A DNA stretch of 52,436 nucleotides from Dehalococcoidia bacterium (GCA_030740155.1 JASLXV010000009.1:1-52436); one strand, 5' to 3'. Positions 34,883 to 43,521 are shown, counted from the stretch's first letter. Made by a program: numbers and translations. The notes: generated by a model from the sequence alone, not told the origin.

Positions 34883-35072
34883 TTCACCTGCGTCAGGCCC
34901 AATGAACGGTGAAGGAGTTGTCCGGCGCGCTCAAGCCCTGTGAGCAGCCGGCCGAAGTCAGCGAACGGGAATTGACGTTGGAAGTCTGCGGACTGAATGA
35001 GACTGTTTCCCCGAGAAAGTCGCTGCCAATGAGGAAGAGGTTCGTGTGCGACCGGAGTGGCTCCCCAGCTAG
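34883..35072 (+). pseudogene. Possible decayed C-terminus of a tRNA-targeting large serine recombinase
   Basis: Frame-broken segments F...RP.ER/KEL...AEVSERELTLEV..LNE/FPEKV...EEEVRVRPEWLPS* run into the tRNA 3' end. The resemblance to recombinase C-termini is from memory only. Confidence 0.3.
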
Positions 35073-35132
35073 GATTCGAACCTAGGACCTAGCGGTTAAC
35101 AGCCGCCCGCTCTACCGCTGAGCTACTGGGGA
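35058..35132 (-). tRNA. tRNA-Asn (GTT), CCA encoded
   Basis: TCCCCAGTAGCTCAGCGGTAGAGCGGGCGGCTGTTAACCGCTAGGTCCTAGGTTCGAATCCTAGCTGGGGAGCCA folds as a cloverleaf with anticodon GTT and T-loop TTCGAAT. Confidence 0.98.
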
Positions 35133-35165
35133 ACGATCGACGCGGTTGATCCGCCTGTGACTGAT

Positions 35166-35192
35166 CCGCCCTACCGCGGAGCTACTGGGGAA
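35166..35192 (-). repeat. Duplicate of the tRNA-Asn 5' end
   Basis: 25/27 identical to 35107-35133 (acceptor 5' strand plus D arm), offset by 59 bp. Confidence 0.85.
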
Positions 35193-35229
35193 GTAGTCCC
35201 GTTGAGGGCAAACGCCCGCGACGAATGAA

Positions 35230-35258
35230 ATTGTAGCATCTGCTACCTAAACTCTCAA
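35230..35258 (-). promoter_or_regulatory. Sigma70-type promoter for tRNA-Asn
   Basis: TTGAGA-17 bp-TACAAT with extended -10 TG; overlaps the palindrome GTAGCA-TC-TGCTAC (35233-35246). Confidence 0.65.
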
Positions 35259-35323
35259 GCGCCGCGGCGGCCCGGCAAACCCGACTCGAGAATCCACCTG
35301 AACGCGGGGTTCGTATACCTTGG

Positions 35324-35352
35324 CACAGAAAACGGGGTCACAGAAAACGGGG
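35324..35352. repeat. 14-bp direct repeat
   Basis: CACAGAAAACGGGG at 35324-35337 and 35339-35352. Confidence 0.8.
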
Positions 35353-35539
35353 CTGCTTTCAAGCCACCGCTTTGACGCAGTCCCCATTCCCACCCTCGGG
35401 CGCTTTCCCCCAAGGCGCCCAGCAAATCAGGGGAGCATCAAGCTCCCCTGATTTGTGGGCGGCGCGGTCCGCCGGTCCGGGATGCCCCTTTTAGCTATCC
35501 TTGTGGGACACCGCTCCGTCGTGTTTCGGCCGCTTCGCC

Positions 35540-35746
35540 TTAGTTCGAACGATCCTCGTAGCCGTAGTATCGAACGCCCGCCAGAGGAACGGAATAGAAC
35601 CAGACCGCCGCCTTTCGGCACCTGCCCGGCTGGGGCGGCGCTTCTTCTTCAAGGAAGCTCGCGAACTCTCCCGGCGCCGCGGAAGCTCGTCCCTGGGTGA
35701 AAATCTCCGATTCCCGTGGCTGGTCCAAAACCTTCGATGTTCCCAT
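35540..35746 (-). CDS. Possible 68-aa small protein downstream of hsp20
   Basis: MGTSKVLDQPRESEIF...WFYSVPLAGVRYYGYEDRSN with GAGGAG upstream; overlaps the Hsp20 tail. Confidence 0.3.
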   Translation of the reverse strand: MGTSKVLDQPRESEIFTQGRASAAPGEFASFLEEEAPPQPGRCRKAAVWFYSVPLAGVRYYGYEDRSN

Positions 35747-36332
35747 GATTCTGCTTGCTCTCCTCACTGGCCGGCGCCGGTGATTGGGTCGATTCATGGA
35801 CCGGGGACGCTCCGCCGGGCGAGCGCCCCCGGTCCGGGTTGCTTACCGGCCGGACTGGCCTATCCGCGGCCTCGCCCGCGGAGGTACTCCCGGCGGTCAC
35901 CTTCAGGTGCTTGGCCTTCTTGGACTCCGCCTTGGGCAGGGTGACGGTCAGTATCCCGTTCTCGTAATGCGTCCTGGCCTTGTCGGTGTCCACCGTGTCG
36001 GGCAGGCGCAGCGAGCGATGAAAGGCCCCGGTGCGGCGTTCCCGAATCAGGTATCCACCCTCTTTTCTCTCCTTCTCCGCCTTGGACTCCGCGGACTCGC
36101 CACGAATGGCTAGCACGCTGTCTTCGATGGAGACATCGATGTCCTCCAGCTTGACGCCGGGCAGGGAGGCCCGAACCAGAATCTCCTCGGCCTCTTCGAC
36201 CACGTCAACGGGTATGACCCATCCCTTCCTCTCGGTGCTGGGGGCGGCCAGGGCGGGTCCACGCCATCGCCGGTCCATCGCCTCGCGCATCCTGCGCAGT
36301 TCGTATACGGGGTCCCAATGCTGCAATACCAT
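35649..36332 (-). CDS. Hsp20/alpha-crystallin small heat-shock protein with a long C-terminal extension
   Basis: PVDVVE....VRASLPGV..EDI.V......L.I.GE, ERR.G.F.RS.RLP, A.YENG.L.VTLPK and LKV (IXI-like) motifs; RBS AAGGA. Confidence 0.92.
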   Translation of the reverse strand: MVLQHWDPVYELRRMREAMDRRWRGPALAAPSTERKGWVIPVDVVEEAEEILVRASLPGVKLEDIDVSIEDSVLAIRGESAESKAEKERKEGGYLIRERRTGAFHRSLRLPDTVDTDKARTHYENGILTVTLPKAESKKAKHLKVTAGSTSAGEAADRPVRPVSNPDRGRSPGGASPVHESTQSPAPASEESKQNHGNIEGFGPATGIGDFHPGTSFRGAGRVRELP

Positions 36333-36411
36333 TTCCTTGTACCTCCACGGTCGTATCCTGGCTACCGGCTGTTGAAGCGCCCGTTATCTGCTTTCAAGCC
36401 TGTCAAAATCT

Positions 36412-36440
36412 ATTGTAGTAAAGTGAGTGCTACTTATCAA
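36412..36440 (-). promoter_or_regulatory. Sigma70-type promoter for hsp20
   Basis: TTGATA-17 bp-TACAAT. Confidence 0.65.
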
Positions 36441-36441
36441 G
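36422..36441. promoter_or_regulatory. HAIR-like (HspR) operator candidate containing a CIRCE half-site
   Basis: AGTGAGT-N6-TATCAAG versus HAIR CTTGAGT-N7-ACTCAAG (5/7 per half, spacer 1 nt short). GAGTGCTAC (36425-36433) matches 8/9 of a CIRCE right half. Overlaps the hsp20 -35 box. Confidence 0.4.
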
Positions 36442-36491
36442 TATACTTTTATAACCTGTTATATAAAGCTGCAAAACTTATAAACTTTTAA

Positions 36492-36520
36492 TTGACAGTG
36501 GCCATTAAGATAAATATAAT
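36492..36520 (+). promoter_or_regulatory. Perfect-consensus sigma70 promoter for dnaJ-like/hspR/clp
   Basis: TTGACA-17 bp-TATAAT, followed by RBS TAAGGAG and ATG36550. Confidence 0.85.
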
Positions 36521-36549
36521 GGACGGTAGAAATTAAGGAGCCAACGCCT

Positions 36550-37437
36550 ATGGCAAATTATTACGATTCGTTGGGAGTCCCGAGGGCCGCGTCCCAGAAG
36601 GATATCCGGCAGGCTTACCGTAAGTTGGCACGGGAGTTCCACCCTGACGTGAACCAGGGCAACAAGGCATCGGAGGAGGAGTTCAAGACAATAAACGAGG
36701 CCTACAGCGTCCTGTCTGACCCGGAGAAGCGCCGTAAATACGATAGGTATGGCAATGACTGGATGCACTCGGACCGGATCGAAGAGGCTCAAGCCCAAGC
36801 CCGCCGGGGAGGGTCGTACCGCTGGTCTACCCACGGCGGCGATGACCCCTTCGGCGCCTTCGGCGAGGAGCAGAGCAGCGTTTTCGACCGGCTGTTCTCG
36901 AATATAGGAAGGGAGCGGCGCCGGCCCGCGCCGGCCGAATATCCCACCACGGTAACGCTGAATGAAGCCTTCGAAGGCACCACCAGAGTGCTGCAGCAAC
37001 CCGGGGGCCGCAGGCTGGAGGTGAAAATCCCGCCCGGCGTGGACAACGGGTCGAAAGTCCGCGTCTCGGCCGGCTCGGGCCAGCGGGATGACATATTCCT
37101 GGTCATTTCGGTACACCCTCAACCGCGTTTTCAGCGACAGGGGCGGGACCTTTACACGGAGGTCGAAGTGCCCGTCGAAGACGCCATCCTGGGAGGGGAA
37201 ACGACCGTCGAGACATTACGGGGCAAGGTTGCCCTCACCATACCGCCGGAGACCCAGAACGGGCAGCGTTTCCGGCTTGCCGGCCAGGGCATGCCGGCGC
37301 TGAATGATCCCAAGCTCCGGGGTGACCTGTACGCAACCACTAATGTAAGACTACCCACCGGCCTTACGCCGGAGCAACTGGAGCTGTTCCGGCGCCTGCG
37401 GGAATCACGGTCCGGCGACGTCCGTGATGGAGGATAG
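36550..37437 (+). CDS. DnaJ-class co-chaperone lacking the Zn finger (CbpA-like)
   Basis: J domain (YYDSLGV...YRKLARE.HPD.N...F..INEAY.VLSDPEKR..YD.YG) and DnaJ C domain; no CxxCxGxG repeats. Confidence 0.93.
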   Translation: MANYYDSLGVPRAASQKDIRQAYRKLAREFHPDVNQGNKASEEEFKTINEAYSVLSDPEKRRKYDRYGNDWMHSDRIEEAQAQARRGGSYRWSTHGGDDPFGAFGEEQSSVFDRLFSNIGRERRRPAPAEYPTTVTLNEAFEGTTRVLQQPGGRRLEVKIPPGVDNGSKVRVSAGSGQRDDIFLVISVHPQPRFQRQGRDLYTEVEVPVEDAILGGETTVETLRGKVALTIPPETQNGQRFRLAGQGMPALNDPKLRGDLYATTNVRLPTGLTPEQLELFRRLRESRSGDVRDGG

Positions 37438-37439
37438 AC

Positions 37440-37805
37440 ATGGCTTCTCAAGGTCAATTTCGAGAGGAACCCTGCTTCGTTATCAGCGTAGCCGCCCGCA
37501 TCGTCGGGGTTCACGCCCAAACCTTGCGCTACTACGAGCGGGTGGGCCTGATCTGGCCCTCCCGTACCGTGGGCCGGCAGCGCCTGTACTCGATGGCTGA
37601 TATCGAACGGGTGCAAAGGGTCAAGGCACTCACCGATGAGATGGGGGTTAACCTGGCCGGAGCCGAGGTGGCGCTGAAGCTGATGAACCGGATCGAGCAC
37701 CTGGAAAAGCAGGTCCAAGGACTGACCGAGGAGCTTTACCGCCTGCGAGCCCAACAGAGTGCTTCCACCAACCGGCCCCGGAGCGATTCACAACCGAGGA
37801 GATGA
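37440..37805 (+). CDS. hspR: HspR-like MerR-family heat-shock repressor
   Basis: FVISVAA..VGVH.QTLRYYER.GL..PSRT.G.QRLYS..DI......LT.E.GVNLAG; lies between dnaJ-like and clp genes. Confidence 0.85.
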   Translation: MASQGQFREEPCFVISVAARIVGVHAQTLRYYERVGLIWPSRTVGRQRLYSMADIERVQRVKALTDEMGVNLAGAEVALKLMNRIEHLEKQVQGLTEELYRLRAQQSASTNRPRSDSQPRR

Positions 37806-37809
37806 TTCG

Positions 37810-40257
37810 ATGGTCTTGCGGCCAGAGCAGTTTACCGAACAGGCTCAGGAAGTGCTGCACAGCTCGCAGGAGTTGGTGCGGCGCTACAGCCATAACCAGT
37901 GGGATGTCGAGCACGTATTGCTGGCCCTGCTGGAGTTGGAGGGCGGCATCCCTGGTGAGATTCTCGCCGAGTTGGGGGTTCCGGCCGACAGCGTGAAAAC
38001 ACGCTTGCACCAGGCCCTCGAAGCCGCCCCCAAGGTGGTTCATGACAACAACCAGATCTACGCCACACCCCGTGCCGCCCGGCTCCTGGATAACGCCAAG
38101 GAGGAATCAGGGCGGCTCCGGGACGAGTACATCGGCGCCGACCACCTGTTTATCGCGGCCACCATGGATTCTCAAGGGGACTCGGCCCAGGTGCTGAAGG
38201 AGTTTGGCATCGACCAGGAAAAGGTCTACCGGGCCTTGATGAGGGTCCGCGGAGCCCACCGGGTGGACGACCCAAGGGCCGAGAGCCGGTACCGGGCCCT
38301 GGAGAAATACACCGTGGACCTGACGAAGCTGGCCAGAGAAGGCAAGCTGGACCCGGTTGTGGGAAGGGACGACGAAATTCGCCAGGTGATGCAAACCCTG
38401 ACCCGCCGGAAGAAGAATAACCCGGTCATCATCGGAGAGGCCGGGGTTGGCAAAACCGCTGTCGTCGAAGGGCTCGCCTCCCGTATCGTGGCTGGAGACG
38501 TGGCCGATTCCCTCAAGGGGCGCCGGGTGCTGGCCCTGGACTTGGGGGCCATGGTAGCGGGTTCCAAGTTCCGGGGGGAGTTCGAGGAGCGGCTCAAGTC
38601 CGTGATGGACGAGATCAAGCAGGCCCAGCGGGAGGTCATCCTGTTCCTCGATGAAATCCATACCATGGTGGGCGCCGGCGCCGCCGAGGGCGGCATCGAC
38701 GCCAGCAACTTGCTCAAGCCTGCCCTGGCCCGGGGAGAGTTGCAGTGCGTCGGAGCCACCACCTCCACCGAGTACCGCAAGTACATCGAGAAGGATACCG
38801 CCCTGGAGCGGCGGTTCCAGCCCATCTACCTGGAAGAGCCGTCGGTGGAGGAGACGGTGGAGATTCTCAAGGTCCTGCGCCCTCGCTACGAGGCTCACCA
38901 CAAGGTCACCATCAGCGATTCGGCCCTGGTGGCCGCGGCTCGCCTCAGCGACCGGTACGTCACCGGCCGCCAGTTGCCGGACAAGGCCGTGGATTTCATC
39001 GACGAGGCCGCCAGCAAGCTGCGTATCGATGCCGAAAGCCTGCCCTCCCACATCAAGGTCATGGAAGAGCGGATCCGGGGGCTGGTGGACCAGGAGGAGG
39101 CCGCGGCTCAGCGTTCCGAGTACGAGCAGGCGGCGGAACTCCGGACCGATCGGCTGCGGTTGGAGGAGGAGTACGAGCCCGAGAAACAGCGATTGCTGGC
39201 CGAGCGCCGCGTGGACATGCTGGTCGACGAGGCGGACATCGCTGAGCTGGTCTCCAAATGGACCGGCATTCCCTCCGGGCGTTTGCTGGAAGGGGAGCCG
39301 GAACGCCTGGTCCACATGGAAGACGGCCTGCACCAGCGGGTTATCGGGCAAGACGAAGCGGTGACCGCCGTCTCCGAGGCCCTACGCCGCTCCCGCTCCG
39401 GCTTGAGCGACCCTCGCCGGCCCATTGGGAGCTTCATGTTCCTGGGGCCCACCGGAGTGGGCAAAACCGAGCTGGCCAAGGCCCTGGCGGAGTTCCTCTT
39501 CGACGACGAGCGTAACATGGTGCGGGTGGACATGTCCGAGTACATGGAGAGGCACACCGTCTCCCGCCTCATCGGGGCGCCTCCGGGGTACGTCGGCTAC
39601 GAGGAGGCGGGGCAGCTCACCGAGGCGGTGCGCCGGCGTCCCTACCGGGTGCTCCTGTTCGACGAGATTGAGAAAGCCCATCCGGACGTGTTCAACGTCT
39701 TGCTGCAAATCCTGGATGACGGCCGCCTCACCGACGGCCAGGGACGCACCGTTGACTTCCGAAATACAGTGGTGATAATGACCAGTAACCTGGGCACTGA
39801 AGGTCTGCGGCGGCAGCCGTTCGGCTTTCGCACCGACGGCCGGAACGGTGACGTGGACGAGAAGAATCTGCGGGGCTCGGTTAACGATGCCCTGAAGCGG
39901 GCCTTCCGGCCCGAGTTCCTGAACCGGATCGACGAGACCATTATCTTCCACCCGCTGACCCAGGAACAGATCGTCCGAGTGGTGGACCTGATGGTCGAGG
40001 ATGTCCAGAAACGGCTGGAGGACCGGGGCATCACCTTTGAGCTGACCCCAGAGGCCGGCCGGTGGCTCGCCGAAGAGGGGTTCGACCCGGTGTTCGGCGC
40101 GCGGCCCCTGCGGCGGGCCATCCAGCGACACCTGGAGAACCCGCTGTCCAAGGGCATTCTCGCCAACGAATACCACGCTGGAGACCACGTGGTGGTGGAT
40201 GCCGGCGACGCGGGCCTGGTCTTGACCAAGGCGGCACCAATTTCCCAGCCGGCCTGA
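37810..40257 (+). CDS. clpC: Class I Clp/Hsp100 ATPase with ClpC-type architecture
   Basis: Clp N domain, GEAGVGKT and GPTGVGKT Walker A motifs, short UVR-like middle domain ([18 protein letters not shown]) and PFGF loop. Start set to ATG37810 (RBS GAGGAG). Confidence 0.8.
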   Translation: MVLRPEQFTEQAQEVLHSSQELVRRYSHNQWDVEHVLLALLELEGGIPGEILAELGVPADSVKTRLHQALEAAPKVVHDNNQIYATPRAARLLDNAKEESGRLRDEYIGADHLFIAATMDSQGDSAQVLKEFGIDQEKVYRALMRVRGAHRVDDPRAESRYRALEKYTVDLTKLAREGKLDPVVGRDDEIRQVMQTLTRRKKNNPVIIGEAGVGKTAVVEGLASRIVAGDVADSLKGRRVLALDLGAMVAGSKFRGEFEERLKSVMDEIKQAQREVILFLDEIHTMVGAGAAEGGIDASNLLKPALARGELQCVGATTSTEYRKYIEKDTALERRFQPIYLEEPSVEETVEILKVLRPRYEAHHKVTISDSALVAAARLSDRYVTGRQLPDKAVDFIDEAASKLRIDAESLPSHIKVMEERIRGLVDQEEAAAQRSEYEQAAELRTDRLRLEEEYEPEKQRLLAERRVDMLVDEADIAELVSKWTGIPSGRLLEGEPERLVHMEDGLHQRVIGQDEAVTAVSEALRRSRSGLSDPRRPIGSFMFLGPTGVGKTELAKALAEFLFDDERNMVRVDMSEYMERHTVSRLIGAPPGYVGYEEAGQLTEAVRRRPYRVLLFDEIEKAHPDVFNVLLQILDDGRLTDGQGRTVDFRNTVVIMTSNLGTEGLRRQPFGFRTDGRNGDVDEKNLRGSVNDALKRAFRPEFLNRIDETIIFHPLTQEQIVRVVDLMVEDVQKRLEDRGITFELTPEAGRWLAEEGFDPVFGARPLRRAIQRHLENPLSKGILANEYHAGDHVVVDAGDAGLVLTKAAPISQPA

Positions 40258-40360
40258 AATTCACCGGCCTGAAGTTCAGACGAGGCGGCACGACCAATCC
40301 ACCCCGGCGTCGACGGCTCAGGTCTGCGGCAGGTCTCGCACGAGAAGTAACCTGGAATAG

Positions 40361-40624
40361 GTCACCCCGAGTGACGCGAGGGGTCCGGGCCGCGATGGAG
40401 GATCCCGCACCAGATTTCTCGTCGCTTCGCTCCTCGGAATAACAGGGGGCGTTCACTCCTCGGGATCATTCATGCTGGTTGCCACCAGCACCACGGCCGA
40501 CGAAAATAGACGCCGTCGCGCCATCCCGAGTCCTTCCCGCGAAGGACTCGGGATCTGGGGAGGCGGAGGAGAATCTCTGCCCAGATGCCTCGCCGCTACG
40601 GCTGGCTCGGCATGACATTTTCGT
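40361..40624. repeat. Cluster of two REP-like doublets
   Basis: First doublet: GTCACCCCGAG...CGAGGGGTC plus AGATTTCTCGTCGCTTCGCTCCTCGGAATAAC. Second doublet: IR ACGAAAAT (40500) / ATTTTCGT (40617) enclosing a perfect 14-bp hairpin (40523-40554) and AGATGCCTCGCCGCTACGGCTGGCTCGGCATGACA. Confidence 0.7.
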
Positions 40625-40905
40625 ACCAATGACGGTATAGAGTCAAAGCCCAGCCGGCAGCGGCGGCGCGTTAGGGGCAGTCTGAAAAAGTAGCCCGTTC
40701 CCTTGATAGCGGTCTGGGGACAGGAGGATATCGTTATCCTAGTTTCACACGCCGGCCCGGTCCGGTGTGACCTGACTCGCAGCGTGGTCCGCATTCATCC
40801 CGAGTGCGGGCATTGGCCCCACACGGTAAAATTTGGCGAGTTCGACGACCTGCCGTCCCGGGCGTTGCTTTGCGCCCTGATTGCTGCCCCCGGGTCACCG
40901 GGCCG

Positions 40906-41511
40906 ATGAGGATCATCGGCCCAGTCTCCACCCTGGCAAGCCGGCCTGATTGGCGGAACCCCGAGACGCAGCAGAGTCTGGGGGTATTCCTGGCCGTTGT
41001 TGCCATCGGGGTAGCGTCCTTTTTCCTGCACAGCTATATCACCCTGGAACAATATGGGTACCTTGGAGTGGGGCTGATCGTCCTGCTGGCCAGCGGCGGA
41101 TTGCTCATGCCTCCCGGTATTATCGCCGTATGTGCCGCCAGCTCCCCCGACGTTCTACCCGGCATTACCCTGACCCCCTACTGGGTTGCCCTGATTGCCG
41201 GGACCGCCGGCACCCTGGGCGAAGTAACCGGCTACTTGCTGGGGTACAGCGGCCGAGGATTTGTCACCAGGACTCGCTTGTACCTGAAGATCGAAGGCTG
41301 GATGCGGCATCGTGGCTGGCTCATTCTTCTTCTGGTGTCACTGGTCCCCAACCCGATCTTCGATGTGGTGGGGATAGCCGCCGGCGCCCTCAAGTATCCC
41401 GTGTGGCGCTTCCTGGCCATCGTATGGGTAGGCAAATTAGGAAGGTTTTCCATTATTGCCTACGCCTGCGCCTATAGCGTAGAATGGCTACCTGGCCTGT
41501 TTGGGGCCTAG
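40906..41511 (+). CDS. DedA/VTT-domain membrane protein
   Basis: YGYLG, G.TLGE.TGY..GY.GR and PNP.FD..GI.AGAL.YP.WRFL...W.GK motifs. Start uncertain (40804 or 40906). Confidence 0.85.
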   Translation: MRIIGPVSTLASRPDWRNPETQQSLGVFLAVVAIGVASFFLHSYITLEQYGYLGVGLIVLLASGGLLMPPGIIAVCAASSPDVLPGITLTPYWVALIAGTAGTLGEVTGYLLGYSGRGFVTRTRLYLKIEGWMRHRGWLILLLVSLVPNPIFDVVGIAAGALKYPVWRFLAIVWVGKLGRFSIIAYACAYSVEWLPGLFGA

Positions 41512-41637
41512 GAGCCATCAGATACCAGCCGTCAGCTTTCAGCGGTCAGCTTTCAGCACCCCCCACCCTCTCTCCAAGAAAGAGGTGGAGCGTCCAAGGG
41601 CAGGTTAGCTGACAGCCGAAAGCTGATAGCTGAGTGC
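41512..41637. repeat. Inverted pair of heptamer tandem arrays
   Basis: CAGC recurs with period 7 at 41526/33/40/47/54 (degenerate at 41512 and 41519); the complementary GCTG/GCCG recurs at 41608/15/22/29. Confidence 0.75.
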
Positions 41638-41658
41638 AAACACCCGAGAGGCCTTGCC

Positions 41659-42873
41659 TTGGTTGCCGTTCCCTCCAGCGGGCCCAACATCGCGGTAGAC
41701 TTATTTCGCGCGGGGATACGGTTTTGCCTGGGAAGGTCCGTCCTCACCTTGGTGGCGCTGAACCTGCTGGCCACCCTTTTGGTATACATCCCCCTCTACG
41801 AAAACCGGGACGGTTACCTCCATCTCTCCTTCTCCGGCTGGTCCCTGGATAATATCTACCGGTACTGGGATGGTCCCCTGTACCTGGTGGTGGCCCAGAC
41901 TTTCTACGACCCGGGCAACCCCGCCGTCGAGGCCTTCGCCGACTTGACCCCAGGGTATTATGCAGCCCACCTGCCCGGCTACCCGGCGACCATCCGGCTG
42001 TTCTCCTACATCTTCGGCTATGCCAACGGAATGCTCGCCGCGACGATAGCCGCTACCAGCCTGGCGATCTGGGTCCTGTACCAACTGCTGAAGGACCTGG
42101 GACTCTCCCGAAATGCCCTCTGGTTGGGAGTCGTGTTCCTGCTTCTGCCGCCCCGGTGGCTGATCTACCACAGCGTGGGCGCGGCGGAGCCCCTTTTCAT
42201 CTTGGAAGCGCTGAGCTTCATCTTGTTCTTTCGCAGGAAGCAGTTCTGGCTGGCCGGCCTGGCCGGTGCGGCGGCGGTACTGACCCGCAGCCCCGGAGTT
42301 CTCCTGCTCGCCGTCTACCTGGTGCTGATCGCCGGCGATTACGTCCGCGCTAAGCCCCGTCCCTCGGTATGGTCCGTGGCCTGGCAAAAGCTATTGCCGA
42401 TGGCGCCTTTCGCGGCGGCCCCGCTGCTGCTGGCCGGGCTCTACCAGGTCCAATACGGAGACTTCTTCGCCTACTTCCACTCCGGCGACAACATCCATCT
42501 TTCGGGCGCCCCCTTTGCCTCCATTTGGCCGTCGGTCCTGGGCTACAACTGGTCCGAAGCATCGCTTTGGATATACCTCTTGAACGCCATCGGAATCTTG
42601 CTGCTCTGGCGCAACGGTATGCGGGACCTGGCCCTGTTCGCCGGAGCATTCTACGTGCCCTTGATTTTCGTGGCCCACCACGACCTTGTGCGGTACATGT
42701 TGCCCATCTTCCCGTTGACTCTGATCATCGGGTACGAGCGGCTGCTTTGCGCTCGAGAGTTCAAGCTGGCCATGTTGCTGATCGTGCCCGCCATCTATAT
42801 CTACACCTGGAGCGGGGTCCAGACGAACCTGGCCCCTCCCGAAGCGGTGCGGCAGTTGCTGGCCGCCGGGTGA
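41659..42873 (+). CDS. GT-C-fold membrane glycosyltransferase (PIG-V/PMT-like)
   Basis: WDG..Y..VA...Y, AHLPGYP..IR, AEPLF, A.LTR.PG and late RY.LP.FP motifs; multiple TM helices. Confidence 0.72.
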   Translation: MVAVPSSGPNIAVDLFRAGIRFCLGRSVLTLVALNLLATLLVYIPLYENRDGYLHLSFSGWSLDNIYRYWDGPLYLVVAQTFYDPGNPAVEAFADLTPGYYAAHLPGYPATIRLFSYIFGYANGMLAATIAATSLAIWVLYQLLKDLGLSRNALWLGVVFLLLPPRWLIYHSVGAAEPLFILEALSFILFFRRKQFWLAGLAGAAAVLTRSPGVLLLAVYLVLIAGDYVRAKPRPSVWSVAWQKLLPMAPFAAAPLLLAGLYQVQYGDFFAYFHSGDNIHLSGAPFASIWPSVLGYNWSEASLWIYLLNAIGILLLWRNGMRDLALFAGAFYVPLIFVAHHDLVRYMLPIFPLTLIIGYERLLCAREFKLAMLLIVPAIYIYTWSGVQTNLAPPEAVRQLLAAG

Positions 42874-42980
42874 TTGCCGGGGAATCTAATGACTGGCGAT
42901 CCTCCGCGGCCCGCTGTGAGACTGCAACTTTGCCATGGTGCGTGTATCCTGGTAAGCGTTCGATTAATTAGGAGGCCCTC

Positions 42981-43511
42981 GTGATTCGTAGCATAGACGG
43001 CAAACATCCGAAGATTCATCCCTCGGTTTTCGTCAGCGAAACTGCCTACATCGTGGGCGACGTCGAGATCGGGGAAGATTCCAGTATCTGGCCCGGAGCG
43101 GTAATCCGGGGCGACTACGGGAGGATCGTCATCGGCAAAGCATGTTCCATACAGGACAACTGCGTCCTCCATACCGATGATTACCTCGAGTTGGGAGACA
43201 ACGTCCTCATGACCCACGGCGCGGTGGTCCACGGTGGACGGGTGGGCAGCAACGTCCTCATCGGGATGAATGCGGCGCTCCTGGAGGACGCCCGGGTCGG
43301 GAACTTCTGCCTCATCGGCGCCTGCGCTATGGTGCGATCCGGGGCCAGGATACCGGACCACTCGTTGGTCATCGGAGTGCCCGCCCAGGTAAAACCCTTG
43401 AACGAGAAACAAGCGGAGAGGCTCGTAGACCTGACCGACATCTACGTGCACAACGCCCGCCGGTTCACCGAGGCCGGCCTTGGGTTGCAGATACCGAAGA
43501 ATCCGGATTAG
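42981..43511 (+). CDS. Gamma-carbonic-anhydrase-family hexapeptide-repeat protein (CaiE/PaaY/YrdA-like)
   Basis: P.IHPS.FV...A..VGDV.IG..SSIW..AV.RGD...I.IG....IQDN..LH, H...VHG and G.PA..K motifs; RBS AGGAGG. Confidence 0.93.
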   Translation: MIRSIDGKHPKIHPSVFVSETAYIVGDVEIGEDSSIWPGAVIRGDYGRIVIGKACSIQDNCVLHTDDYLELGDNVLMTHGAVVHGGRVGSNVLIGMNAALLEDARVGNFCLIGACAMVRSGARIPDHSLVIGVPAQVKPLNEKQAERLVDLTDIYVHNARRFTEAGLGLQIPKNPD

Positions 43512-43521
43512 GGAGCCACCT

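Noticed and set aside
36407..36433. Full CIRCE element
   Set aside because: Only the right half matches; the left-half position reads AATCTATTG.
40249..40278. 15-bp tandem repeat CCGGCCTGAA(A/G)TTCA at the clpC stop
   Set aside because: Two copies only; most likely a local slippage duplication.
40671..40705. TTAGGGGCAGTCTGAAAAAGTAGCCCGTTCCCTT, reminiscent of ends seen near REP-associated transposase genes
   Set aside because: Single degenerate copy with no clear partner IR or transposase in the window.
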